From Mobula hypostoma (Eukaryota), in NCBI RefSeq assembly GCF_963921235.1, contig NC_086097.1, forward strand, positions 93,744,001 through 93,808,000: DNA of 64,000 nt, written 5' to 3'. A model generated the notes under the pieces. It was not told where the DNA came from. It made no database searches and saw only the letters and a program-made list of their open reading frames with translations. The translations under genes were made by a program, and so were the position numbers. This document shows positions 12,911-24,090 of this stretch, in pieces (position 1 is the first letter of the stretch; the number at the start of each line of letters is the position of its first letter).

Positions 12911-13374
12911 GCAATTTAATAAGCCTTGTGCTGTTAGTTCACCTACCTGCCCCGTTCTCCATATCCTCTGTGTCCAAAAGTCTATCAATCTCAGTTTTGG
13001 GTATACTCTGCCCTCCCTGAATGCACAGACGTAAAGAAATTCCCACCTCAATCATAAACAGTTGACCCTTCATTTCAAGACTGTCCCCTGAGGCAGCAAC
13101 CTGGCAGCATCTACCTGGTGGATCTCAATAAGATCAGTTTCATTTCTCTAAACTCCAGGGACTCACGCCAGTCTTACTCAATACAGGAGCCTTTTTACCC
13201 TACAGGTCAGATATGTTCTTTAGGCTCAGAGATCAAAACTATGCACACTTTGCTAAACGTAGTCTTACCTAAATGGGAACAACAGGAATTCTGCAGATGC
13301 TGGAAATTCAAGCAACATACATCAAAGTTGCTGGTGAACGCAGCAGGCCAAGCAGCATCCATAGGAAGAGGTGC

Positions 13375-13410
13375 AGTCGACGTTTCAGGCCGAGACCCTT
13401 CGTCAGGACT
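13375..13410 (-). ncRNA. Minimal type-I hammerhead ribozyme motif
   Basis: Minus strand reads agtc-CTGACGA-agggtctcggcct-GAAA-CGTC-gact. Confidence 0.85.
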
Positions 13411-13704
13411 AACTGAAGGAAGAGTGAGTAAGGGATTTGAAAGCTGGAGGGGGAGGGGGAGATGCAAAATGATAGGAGAAGACAGGAGGGGGAGGGATAG
13501 AGCCGAGAGCTGGACAGGTGATAGGCAAAAGGGGATACGAGAGGATCATGGGACAGGAGGCCTAGGGAGAAAGACGGGGGGGGGGGTGACCCAGAGGATG
13601 GGCAAGAGGTATATTCAGAGGGACAGAGGGAGAAAAAGGAGAGTGAGAGAAAGAATGTGTGCATAAAAATGAGTAACAGCTGGGGTACGAGGGGGAGGTG
13701 GGGC

Positions 13705-14667
13705 CTAGCGGAAGTTAGAGAAGTCAATGTTCATGCCATCAGGTTGGAGGCTACCCAGACGGAATATAAGGTGTTGTTCCTCCAACCTGAGTGTGGCTTC
13801 ATCTTTACAGTAGAGGAGTCCGTGGATAGACATGTCAGAATGGGAATGGGATGTGGAATTAAAATGTGTGGCCACTGGGAGATCCTGCTTTCTCTGGCGG
13901 ACAGAGCGTAGATGTTCAGCAAAGCGGTCTCCCAGTCTGCGTCGGGTCTCGCCAATATATAAAAGGCCACATCGGGAGCACCGGACGCAGTATATCACCC
14001 CAGTCGACTCACAGGTGAAGTGATGCCTCACCTGGAAGGACTGTTTGGGGCCCTGAATGGTGGTAAGGGAGGAAGTGTAAGGGCATGTGTAGCACTTGTT
14101 CCGCTTACACGGATAAGTGCCAGGAGGGAGATCAGTGGGGAGGGATGGGGGGGACGAATGGACAAGGGAGTTGTGTAGGGAGCGATCCCTGCGGAATGCA
14201 GAGAGAGGGGGGGAGGGAAAGATGTGCTTAGTGGTGGGATCCCGTTGGAGGTGGCGGAAGTTACGGAGAATAATATGTTGGACCTGGAGGCTGGTGGGGT
14301 GGTAGGTGAGGACCAGGGGAACCCTATTCCTAGTGGGGTGGTGGGAGGATGGAGTGAGAGCAGATGTACGTGAAATGGAGGAGATGCGTTTAAGAGCAGA
14401 GTTGATAGTGGAGGAAGGGAAGCCCCTTTCTTTAAAAAATGAAGACATCTCCCTCGTCCTAGAATGAAAAGCCTCATCCTGAGAGCAGATGCGGCGGAGA
14501 CGGAGGAATTGCGAGAAGGGGATGGCGTTTTTGCAAGAGACAGGGTGAGAAGAGGAATAGTCCAGATAGCTGTGAGAGTCAGTAGGCTTATAGTAGATAT
14601 CAGTGGATAAGCTGTCTCCAGAGACAGAGACAGAAAGATCTAGAAAGGGGAGGGAGGTGTCGGAAAT
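13705..14667 (-). CDS. PLE pol C-terminal fragment: RT thumb, Cys-rich linker and GIY-YIG endonuclease
   Basis: Open frame of about 320 codons: LPFLD..IYYKPTD..YLDYSSSHP..CKRNKCYTCPY..VIYCVRCSRCGLLYIGET.R..RF.EH; 5'-truncated. Confidence 0.88.
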   Translation of the reverse strand: MSDTSLPFLDLSVSVSGDSLSTDIYYKPTDSHSYLDYSSSHPVSCKNAIPFSQFLRLRRICSQDEAFHSRTREMSSFFKERGFPSSTINSALKRISSISRTSALTPSSHHPTRNRVPLVLTYHPTSLQVQHIILRNFRHLQRDPTTKHIFPSPPLSAFRRDRSLHNSLVHSSPPSLPTDLPPGTYPCKRNKCYTCPYTSSLTTIQGPKQSFQVRHHFTCESTGVIYCVRCSRCGLLYIGETRRRLGDRFAEHLRSVRQRKQDLPVATHFNSTSHSHSDMSIHGLLYCKDEATLRLEEQHLIFRLGSLQPDGMNIDFSNFR

Positions 14668-15589
14668 ACGTTTCAGGCCGAGACCCTTCGTCAGGTCTAA
14701 CTGAAGGAAGAGTGAGTAAGGGATTTGAAAGCTGGAGGGGGAGGGGGAGATGCAAAATGATAGGACCTAAATGGGGTTCTGTTTATATTCCTTTCCATTA
14801 CAATAGATGTCAACGTGCCATTTCCTCCTGATTGTTTGCAGTGTTTATAGCTTTAAATTCTGCATCCCGTGAACCAGTGGATTCAGCACTTTCTACACAC
14901 CACTAATTCCTCACATTTAAGGATTTTTTCCCTTTTCAGATACTTTCTACTAAACAACCTCCACACTCTCCACCATCATGCCTTCTCAAGCTGCAGTTTG
15001 CAGTCTTTTTCCAGATACACTTCCCTGTCCAGAACTGTATCATCAGTAGATATGGAGCGGTTACTCTCTCTTTTCACCCATGTTAAAAGCCTGACTGGGG
15101 GTCTGGTGCTGATGGTCCCTGAGGCATCTCATCCACTGACACATATCCAGTTTTTCTGGCATTTGAATAGTTCTCAAGCCAAAATGTTAGTTCCATCTAC
15201 ATGGGAACTTACTTTATGTGATAATTTCAAAAGTCCAGATTTACAGCATCTTCTTTCACAGCTTCTGCCAGCTCCAACAAGACTTAAAGTTCAAAGTGGA
15301 TTTATTATCAAAGTACATACATGTCATCATATACAACCCTGAGATTCATTTCCTTGCAGGCATTCACAGTAGAACAAAGGAGTACAATAGAATCAATGAA
15401 AGCTATACACAAAGACTGACAACTAATGTGCAAAAGACAAACTGTGTAAATAAACAACAGTAAGTACAAACATACATGCATGAATGATTCCACCACCAGA
15501 CACACATTCCCTGCCCTTCCCTTTCGCCATTTTGAAGGGATTGCTCCCTTTGTGACTTCTTGCTCTGTACTTCCTAGTAATAATAATAT

Positions 15590-16410
15590 TGAAGACCTCG
15601 TCCCAGAAACAAGAGGGGTTTCCTTGTGGCATTACAGGACCAGGTGGTTAACACAAAAACATGATCAAAAATACATAACAAAAGACCAACAAATTCAAGA
15701 TGATAAATGCAGAAAATGCCGAGAAAAACCAGAAACAATCCAACACATTACAGGATCCTGCAGCAGTTTAACTCAATCTGATTACTTACACAGGCACAAT
15801 CAAGTGGCAAACGTCAGTCACCAAAATCTTGCTTTAAAATACAAACTCATAAGACACTTTACCTTACTATAAGTACAAGCCTGATGCAGTTATAGTGTCA
15901 GAGTCCTACAGATTATCTTATGACCAAGACCTTATTATAGATAGGATAATCCATTATAATATTACAGGGTAAACAAGAACAACTTGCTTAAGAGATATAG
16001 TGATTCCAAACACACATAACATGCAGAAATCAAGGAGTGAAAAGCACCAGGAATATGCTGAATTGAAAGAGGAAATTGAAAGAATATGGAACATGAACAG
16101 AGGGTTCATTGTTCCAATAGTAATATCCACAACTGGTATCATCCTAAAGTCACAATGGCAATAAACAATTAGGCCTAGACAGTAATATTTGTGTAAATCT
16201 CCAGAAAGCCTCAATACCAAACACCACTAGAATAGTCCAAAAGTTCCTAGCAATTGAGAAATGCATGTACTTGGCTATGCCCGTACCTCAGGTTTTACCA
16301 GGTTGAGCTGAGAAAAAATAAACAATAATAATACTAAACACCACTAGAATAATCCAAAAGTTCCTAGCAATTGAGAAATGGATGTGCTTGGCTGTACCCG
16401 TACCCCAACT
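15590..16410 (+). mobile_element. R4/Dong-like non-LTR retrotransposon 3' fragment (RLE type)
   Basis: CRKCREKPETIQHITGSC zinc knuckle and RHNQV motif; flanked by (TAA)n; 3' end partly duplicated at about 16335-16410. Confidence 0.8.
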
Positions 16411-17000
16411 GACAAAAAAATTGAAGTATTATAATAAATATATAAATAATACTGAGAACATGAACTGCAAAGTCCTTGAAAGTGAGTTGAGTTGTGCAAG
16501 GTTATCCATGCTGAATTAGGAGCTGCAAAAAAAAACGAATTTCATGACGTATGTGAGAGATGATAAACCTGATTCTGATATGGGTCTCTATTGTGGACTG
16601 GGAGTGGGAAGGGGACATGGAGAGGGGAATCGTGGTTGGGAAAAGGGGAAGGGAGAGGGGAGGGAGCATGAAGTACTCTATAATGATCAGTAAACCAATT
16701 GTTTGGAATCAAATGACCTTGCCTGGTGTCTCTGGACTGGATGTGTGTGCACCTGCACCATTCCACACCTTAGCACTCCTTCTCTTCCACCTGTCCCACA
16801 CCCCTCCCACTGCGCTCCACCCTTGCCATTCCCAACAATCTTTGCTGCCGCTGGGTTTACATGCTCAAACTCACTCTCCACTGCGCATTGACAAATACAG
16901 TCTTGTGCAAAATGTTTTAGTGTTAGTCAGACTTCAAGGCTTCCACAATTAGTAAAACACAGCTTGCACATAGCTTCAGACTGCTACTGTTGTACTACAG

Positions 17001-17080
17001 CAGAGGTTCCCAACCTTTTTTATGCCATGGTCTCCTACTATTAACCGAGGGATCGGTGGACCCCAAGTTGGAAAGCCCTG
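17001..17080. mobile_element. 80-bp hAT-type MITE
   Basis: cagaggttcccaac...gttggaaagccctg, with 8-bp near-TSD tactacag/taccatag. Confidence 0.75.
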
Positions 17081-17464
17081 TACCATAGAAAACCTGACAA
17101 CAAAGAACCACAGCCATTGCTTCCCTATGGTCTGGTTGATGGATAGGTATTGATCTTGCTGTTGGATGAACACCACTGCCGAGTTCTGAAGTATTGCTGT
17201 GGAATCATTTACGTTCGGGGGTGCAGGACCTCAGTCTTAGTTGGCACAGTGGTGCAGTCTGACAGCACCAGGGACCTAGGTTCAATCCTGACCTGTGTGG
17301 AATTGGTCTGTTCTCCATGTCATGCTCTGGATTTCTCACAGGTGCTCTGCTATCCCCCCACTCCCACGTCCTAAAGACATGTCGGTTAAATGGCCACTGT
17401 AGATTACCCCTTGTGTGTTAGAATCCGTGGGAAGTTGATGGAAACATGGGGAGAAAAAGCGGGT

Positions 17465-17995
17465 TTATACTTTATACTTTATTGTCGCCAAACAATTGAT
17501 ACTAGAACGTACAATCATCACAGTGATATTTGATTCTGCGCTTCCCACTCCCTGGATTACAAATCGATAGTAAATATTAAAAACCGAGATGCAGGTCCAG
17601 ATATTTGGAGGGTACGGCCCAGATCCGGATCAGGATCCATTCAGCAGTCTTATCACAGTTGGAAAGAAACTGTTCCCAAATCTGGCCGTACAAGTCTTCA
17701 AGCTCCTGAGCCTTCTCCCGGAGGGAAGAGGGACGAAAAGGGTTTTGGCTGGGTGGGTCGTGTCCTTGATTATCCTGGCAGCACTGCTCCGACAGCGTGC
17801 GGTGTAAAGTGAGTCCAAGGACGGAAGATTGGTTTGTGTGATGTGCTGCGCCGTGTTCACGATCTTCTGCAGCTTCTTCTGGTCTTGGACAGGACAACTT
17901 CCATACCAGGTTGTGATGCATCCCAGAAGAATGCTTTCTACGGTGCATCTATAAAAATTAGTGAGGGTTTTAGGGAACAGGCCAAATTTCTTTAA
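17465..17995 (-). mobile_element. Rex1/Babar-like LINE 3' fragment
   Basis: ARIIKDTTHP...PLPSGRRLRS...FGNSFFPTVIRLLN. Confidence 0.85.
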
Positions 17996-18862
17996 TTTAA
18001 TATACAGTAGGATTAATGTGATGGGTGATTGATGGCCTGCACATATTCATGTGGCTGGTGGGCCTGTTTACGTGCTCTATATCTCTGACTATCATTTTTT
18101 GCTTTTGCTTATTTATTGAGCTACAGCACGGAATAATCCCTGCCGGCCCTTCGAGCTACACCACCCAGTCCTAGCCTAATTCGGGATATTCTCAACAGCA
18201 AGCTATCTCTTCCCCTCTGACTTTGAGGCTCAGGTGGCAGTGGACCACTGCAGTATTACAGAACAAATCCTTGCAACTCTTCCATGCTGTTTCACAGATC
18301 AACTGCTGTCTTTACATCGGCTGCTTTAGTAAGGGAAACAATTACGTTGTAAGGAGGAGTGTGATGAGACTGGGGAGAGACTAATCACTGTTTGTATAAT
18401 GTTCTCAGTTTCCATAACAACTCCTTGTATTAGTTTTAGTTTAGTTTCCTGTTTCCGGGGTGATAAGATGTTTGAGCCTTGGCCTGGATTCACATCCACA
18501 AATAAGAAAAGCGTGCCTGAATAGTTTGCTTGAAGGCACAAAACACTTAAAGCTCCATTAATCTTCTAAACATTAGACGCACATAAACATTCTTATTGAA
18601 ATCTTGTTTCAAGCTTTCAACATGGATAAGTATATCAAAAAAAAACTTGCCTAGGCCCCCCAGTACTGGATGTGCTCAAAACCAGTTTGATTTATTCCAT
18701 ATGAGAATACAGGATACAGAAACGTCGGCTATATTAGCAAATACCAGTGATGAAGCTGTGGAAAATTGTCCAGGTGTGCCCTTTGGCAAACTGCAGGACA
18801 AATCCAACCAGCCAACTCTCAATCATGTGCAAACTGATAGAAAGCATCATTGACAGTGCTGT

Positions 18863-19178
18863 CACAAACACGAGAACACACGCAAAATGCAGGAGGAACT
18901 CAGCAGGTCAGGCAGCATCCATAGAAAGGAATAAATATCCGACATTTTGGGCTGAGACCCTTCATCAGAACTGGGGGGGAAAGACGAGGGGTCAGGGTAA
19001 GAAGGTGGGGGGAGGGGAGGAAGAAGTACAAGGTGGTAGGTGATAGGTGAAACTTGGAGCGGGGAGGGGTGAAGTAAAGAGCTGATAAAGTCCATTGGTG
19101 AAAGAGATAAAGGGCTGGAGGAGGGGGAATCTGGTAGGAGGGGTAGAGGACCATGGAAGAAAGGGAAGGGGAGGAGTA
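18863..19178 (-). mobile_element. Solo PLE pLTR with decayed hammerhead
   Basis: 11-bp TSD gacagtgctgt at 18852-18862 and 19179-19189; minus strand ctgatgaagggtctcagcccaaaatgtc. Confidence 0.85.
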
Positions 19179-19571
19179 GACAGTGCTGTGGAACTTACAC
19201 TTATTCACCAACATACTGTTCACTGGTGCCCAGCTTTGGTTTTGTTGTGACAAATTAGTTCCAGTCCTGGGACCACAAATAGACCGGAGAGCTGGATTCC
19301 AGAGGTGGGGTGAGACTGACTGCCTCCTCTCTCCCCTGCCCTCAGCATGGCAGTGTTCAATCGAGCTTGGTGTCAGGGCAAAGCATTCTAAAAAGAGTCA
19401 TAGCTCGCACAAAGGAAGATGTTGTGGGCTTTGGAGTTTAACCACCCCAGCCTCAGGGGATTGCTGCACAAGTTCCTCAAAGCAGCGTCCTAGGCCCAGT
19501 TATCTTCAGCTACTTTGTCAATGAGCTTCCTTCTAAAATAAGCTCAGAATTGGGGATGCTCACTGATAATA

Positions 19572-20595
19572 CACTCAGTGACCACTCTGTCAGGTAGCCC
19601 CTGTACCTAATAAATGAGTGCATGTTCATCGTCATCTGCTGCTGCAGCCCATCCACTTCAAAGCTCAACGTGTTGTGCACTCAGAGAAGCTCTTCGACAC
19701 TCCACTGTTGTAGCGTGTGGTTATTTGAGTCACTGTTACCATCTTGACAGCTTGAACCGGTCTGGCCATTCTTCCCTGACCTCTTTCTGTCAGGCGCTGG
19801 AGCAGGGACCCAATCGCAGACCCAGTACTGTGCACACAGTGATATTTATTGAGTAGCAAATCCAGAGGGGCAAACAAAGTCAGCATCAAAGTTCAGGCAG
19901 AGATCAAAACATCCAGAGAAAAACAAAAGTCAGAGTCAGGAAAATTCACTGGCACAATCTGGCAACAAACAGGTGAAAACACAGGACTGAAATACACTGA
20001 GCAATAAACAGAGAGGCAGATGATAGGTGGAGCACAATGAGACACAAGTGGCAGCAATACAGGTAATAATGAGAAACCGGTGAGAGGTGGAGTACTCAGT
20101 AATACAGGGGCCGGAGCAGAGCAGGAGCGGGGACAGGAGCACATGGGGCACGAAAACAAACAAGAGAACATGACAATACAAAAACAGAATGACGGCTGGG
20201 GGAAAATGCACAAAGAGACAGAGTTCAGCTGGAGTTACTGACACTCTCATGATCAAGTCTTCTTTTTTCTCACAGAACTACTGCTCACTGGATGTTTTCT
20301 GTTTTTGCACCATTCTCTGTAAACTCAATAAACTGTTATGCATGAAAATCCAAAGGAGATCAGCAGTTTCTGAGATACTCAAACCACCCCATCTGGCACC
20401 AACAATCATTCCACAGTCAAAGTCACTTAGATCAAATTTCTTCCCGATTTTGATGTTTCACCTGAACAACAACTGAACCTCTTGATCATGTCTACGTGCT
20501 TTTATGCATTGAGTTGCTAACACACGGTTGGCTGATTAGATATCAGCGTTAACATGCAGGTGTACAGGTATACCTAATGAAGTGGCCACTGAGTG
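19572..20595. mobile_element. Non-autonomous Tc1/mariner element containing a solo LTR
   Basis: TIRs cactcagtgaccact...agtggccactgagtg, with TA at the left end. Confidence 0.8.
19788..20243 (-). mobile_element. Solo LTR (456 bp)
   Basis: tgtcag...ctgaca termini, 5-bp near-TSD ctttc/ctctc, AATAAA on - strand. Confidence 0.75.
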
Positions 20596-22664
20596 CATAT
20601 TGCCTATCTTTCATTTCAGACAGATATAAATCCCGAGATACCCTCCCCAAAGACACATTGGGAAGATCTTTACAGGAAGGACTGTGGCAGTCCAAGTGGG
20701 TTTCACCACAACCTCAAGGACAACTAAGAACGAGCAATAAATAAATGCTTGCTTTGCCTCTGATGTCCTGGTCCTGCAAATCAATACTGTGTCCTATCAC
20801 TAAACATTTGGCTGCAGATAAATGTACAAAGACATTTTATCAACCCCCACCCCCAGCAATTCATGCAAATATTCCTGAAGTTCTCCAGTTCTCGTAAATG
20901 GCAAGAAATACCAGTGTGTTGCAGAAAATATATTACGAAACCTTACCAAAATCTTGCGCTTCAGATAATTATATCATAAGAAATCTCCACTGATATATAT
21001 TATATGTCATACCAGGAAATTCACCAAATCCTCCCAATGCAGAGAAATATTCTTTCAAGACTCGGCAGGCATATACAGCAGAATGTCGGATGTAGGGAGA
21101 AAATGGAGCACCTGAAGAAAGCCTACAAAATCACAAAGAGAATGTTCAAACCTCACACAGATAAACCTATCCAGGCTCACAAATAGGCATCAATTATACT
21201 AGGAATTCCCACTAAGTATTATTTATATAAATAAGAAGTCAGTATTTCCACCGAACTTTCAGCCCAGACAAATGTAGAACGGGAGATCTCACCAAGCCTA
21301 CCAACATAGCTTGGTGTGCCACAAGCCGAGTTCCTGCTCTGATGTTGGATCGCTCTTTGCATAGTCGAGGCAAGAGTGATGGCTTTGAGTAAATCAGGTT
21401 TATGTCATGGTCTTGTCCAGATTGTACAAGGTTCAAACCCTGCACTGGGGCTTTGAGCTTGGTCTCCAGTGCCAGTGGGGTGGTACGCTAACGGGGGTGT
21501 ATCTGCCTCTGCCAGTTCTGGTCAGAGCTGAAGCTGCAGAAACTCACTTGGGTGAAGAAGGAGGTATATTTTTTTCCCTGGTGCCAACGCTGATCTTCCC
21601 AGGAGCTCTTACGAACTGACCTGACCATCCTGCTGTAAGCTTTGCAGGATTATTTTGTTACATTAAGACCATTCGGCCCTGGGAGTCTGTGCATACCCAT
21701 CAGTTCCATTGCCTCATTATTTCCCTCTAACCGTTTTGCTCCCAACTGCCCGTCAACTCTCCCGTTTCTCCCGCCCACAGTGGAGGTAACTTTATAGCGG
21801 CCAGTTAACCTCCAACCCATGTGTTCTGGGATGTAGGAGAGAAATGGACCATCCAAAGGAAACCCAAAAGGTCACAGAGAGAACGTGCAAACTTCACACA
21901 GAGAGCACCAGAGGTCAAGATCAAACACAGATTACTGGATCTGTGAGGCAGCAGCAGTAACTGTTGTGCCCACTGTGCTGATCTTGGGATCTCTTTGGAT
22001 AAGGTGCTAGCTGAGTTTACCTGGAGTACAACAGCTAGATACAAATCGGTTTTACTTCTGTGAGTTTTCTGAGAAGTTCCAACCAACACTGATCAGAGAC
22101 ATTCTTATACCCACCACATGATGCCAGTTCCATAACACACACCTCTTACCATTTCTCCTCCTGAAGCCAGCAGACGCTGATCCACTGTCTTTCCTGCGCT
22201 TGTACCACATAAAAGAAAGGAACTGCTTTATTTGAAGTTTCACCCTTTTGTCCTTCCATGGCTGTGTAACTCTGTCATCACTGTACCCCAGTGCCTCCGT
22301 TTGCAGAATCTGCAGAGCTGTGCCTGGCCCCACAGTGATCTGGCAGCCCTGCAGTGCTGGAAATAAGGGCTGAGTGCTCTGTGAAGCAAGCATTGAAATT
22401 GGCAAGTGTGCCTCCACCGGAGGGGACAGTGAGCAGATACTGATGGAGTTTGACAACTCTCAGGGTCTTTCCTTCTGTTTGTCCATCTGCCTCATCCTCA
22501 GTTTGTGTTTTTAACTCCTTTCACCTTGGCACCTTAACCCCAAAATCCTTAATTCCCTTTAAAAATCTATTGATTTCATTCTTGAATAAATTTCAGCATT
22601 GAGCCTCCACAGCCCTCTTGGGTAGCAAATTCCTGCAATTTTTTCCTTCTGAAGGAATTTTTTC

Positions 22665-22891
22665 TCATCTTTCTCTCTCTCTTCTCTCTCTTTCTCTCTC
22701 TCTCTCTCTCCCTCTCTCTCTCTCTCCCCTTCCCTCACTCTCTCTCTTTTTCTCCCCCGCCCTCTCTCTTCCTCTCCTTCTCCCTCTCCTCTCCCCCTCC
22801 CTCTTCCTCCCTCTCCCCTCTTCCCCACCCCTCTTCCTCTCCCTCTTTCTCTCTCTCTCCCTCTCCCTCCCTCCCTCCCTCTCTCTCTCTC
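22665..22891. repeat. Polypyrimidine (CT-rich) tract
   Basis: About 225 bp of nearly pure C/T. Confidence 0.95.
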
Positions 22892-23379
22892 ATTATCAGA
22901 TGTTTTCAGATAGAGCACAAATATTTTCTGTGTCTTGGTCGTGCACAAAATTGTATCTATAATCTCTACATCTCCTCTTACGCCTGATTGCACATATTCC
23001 CAGTGATTTAGGGTGCATGCAGGCTTTTTCCTAAATCCCTTTCATAAACCCTCATTTCCCATTTCATAGCCCCAGGCTCTTTAATTGTCTGAACTGTTAG
23101 CATTCTCCACCCTTGGAGTTACTTCCAAGTTCTTTCCATGGCCATAGCACTGTATGAATTCTGCTAAATGGATAGATCCCATTCTGCACAGAATATTACC
23201 ATTACTGTTACTTTTGCACAGAAATTTTCCATTGCGAAAGTGTTTCTGAGGCTTCATTCTAATTATAGTTCACTCGGTCAGCTCTGCTCTTTAATTCTTG
23301 CAGTGTACGTTAATGGGCGACTGCTGCTCCTTAGCTTGAGGGTAGGGAATGGAACTCCCCAAGGATGGAGCACTCTTCT

Positions 23380-24090
23380 GGTTATTGATTTACTGGAAAG
23401 GAAAGTTCTGCAATGCAGATGAGGACGTAGCAGATGGAAGGTAATGTGAGGTCATCCACTTCAAAAGAAAGAGACTGAAGGGGAGAGTGTTTTTTGAAGG
23501 GCTGTCTGAGCATGAAGTCCACATGCAGGCACAGCAAGCTGTTAGGAAGGCAAACAATAAGTTGACTGGTTTTGCAAGAAGATATGGATACCACAGTGGA
23601 AATGTCTTATGGTGATCATGAGGCTTCCTCTGCAAAATTGTGAACACTTCGAATTTCCCTACTTCATGAAGGCTGTATCTGTGAAAGTTGGAGTGCAGCA
23701 AGACATCATTGCTGGGTTGTCCTATGAGGAAAGGTTATGCAAACTAACCCTCTTCTCTCCAGAGTTTAAGAGAATGAGACATGACCTCATTGAAGTACAC
23801 AAAACTCTTAAGGAGTTTGACAGCCTGATGAGGTGTCAAGAACTGTGAGTCACATTCTCAAAACAAGCATGTCCGTTCAGGACCAAACTGAGAAGAAATT
23901 CCTTTACTCAGAAGGGAAGAAATTCACTGTAGAGGCCCCATGATTAAATTTATTCAAGACTGAAATCAATAGATTTTTGGATATTAAGGGAATGAAGGAA
24001 TATTGGTTAAGGTGCCAAGGTGAAAGGTCATGCATTATTGAACGGCGGAACAAGTGTCAGAGACCAAATGGTCTACTGTTTCTAGTGGTT
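23380..24090 (+). mobile_element. Old CR1 LINE fragment
   Basis: GLSYEERLCKLTLFSPEFKRMRHDLIEVHK. Confidence 0.75.

Larger units (their letters stand above)
13278..14764 (-). mobile_element. Penelope-like element family 1 (Neptune-like), 5'-truncated with partial tandem pLTR
   Basis: 11-bp TSD acctaaatggg at 13267-13277 and 14765-14775; pLTR at 13278-13700 and partial pLTR at 14668-14764. Confidence 0.93.

Noticed and set aside
22559-22993. Arg/Glu/Gly-rich and Leu/Ser-rich ORFs
   Set aside because: Artefact of the CT microsatellite
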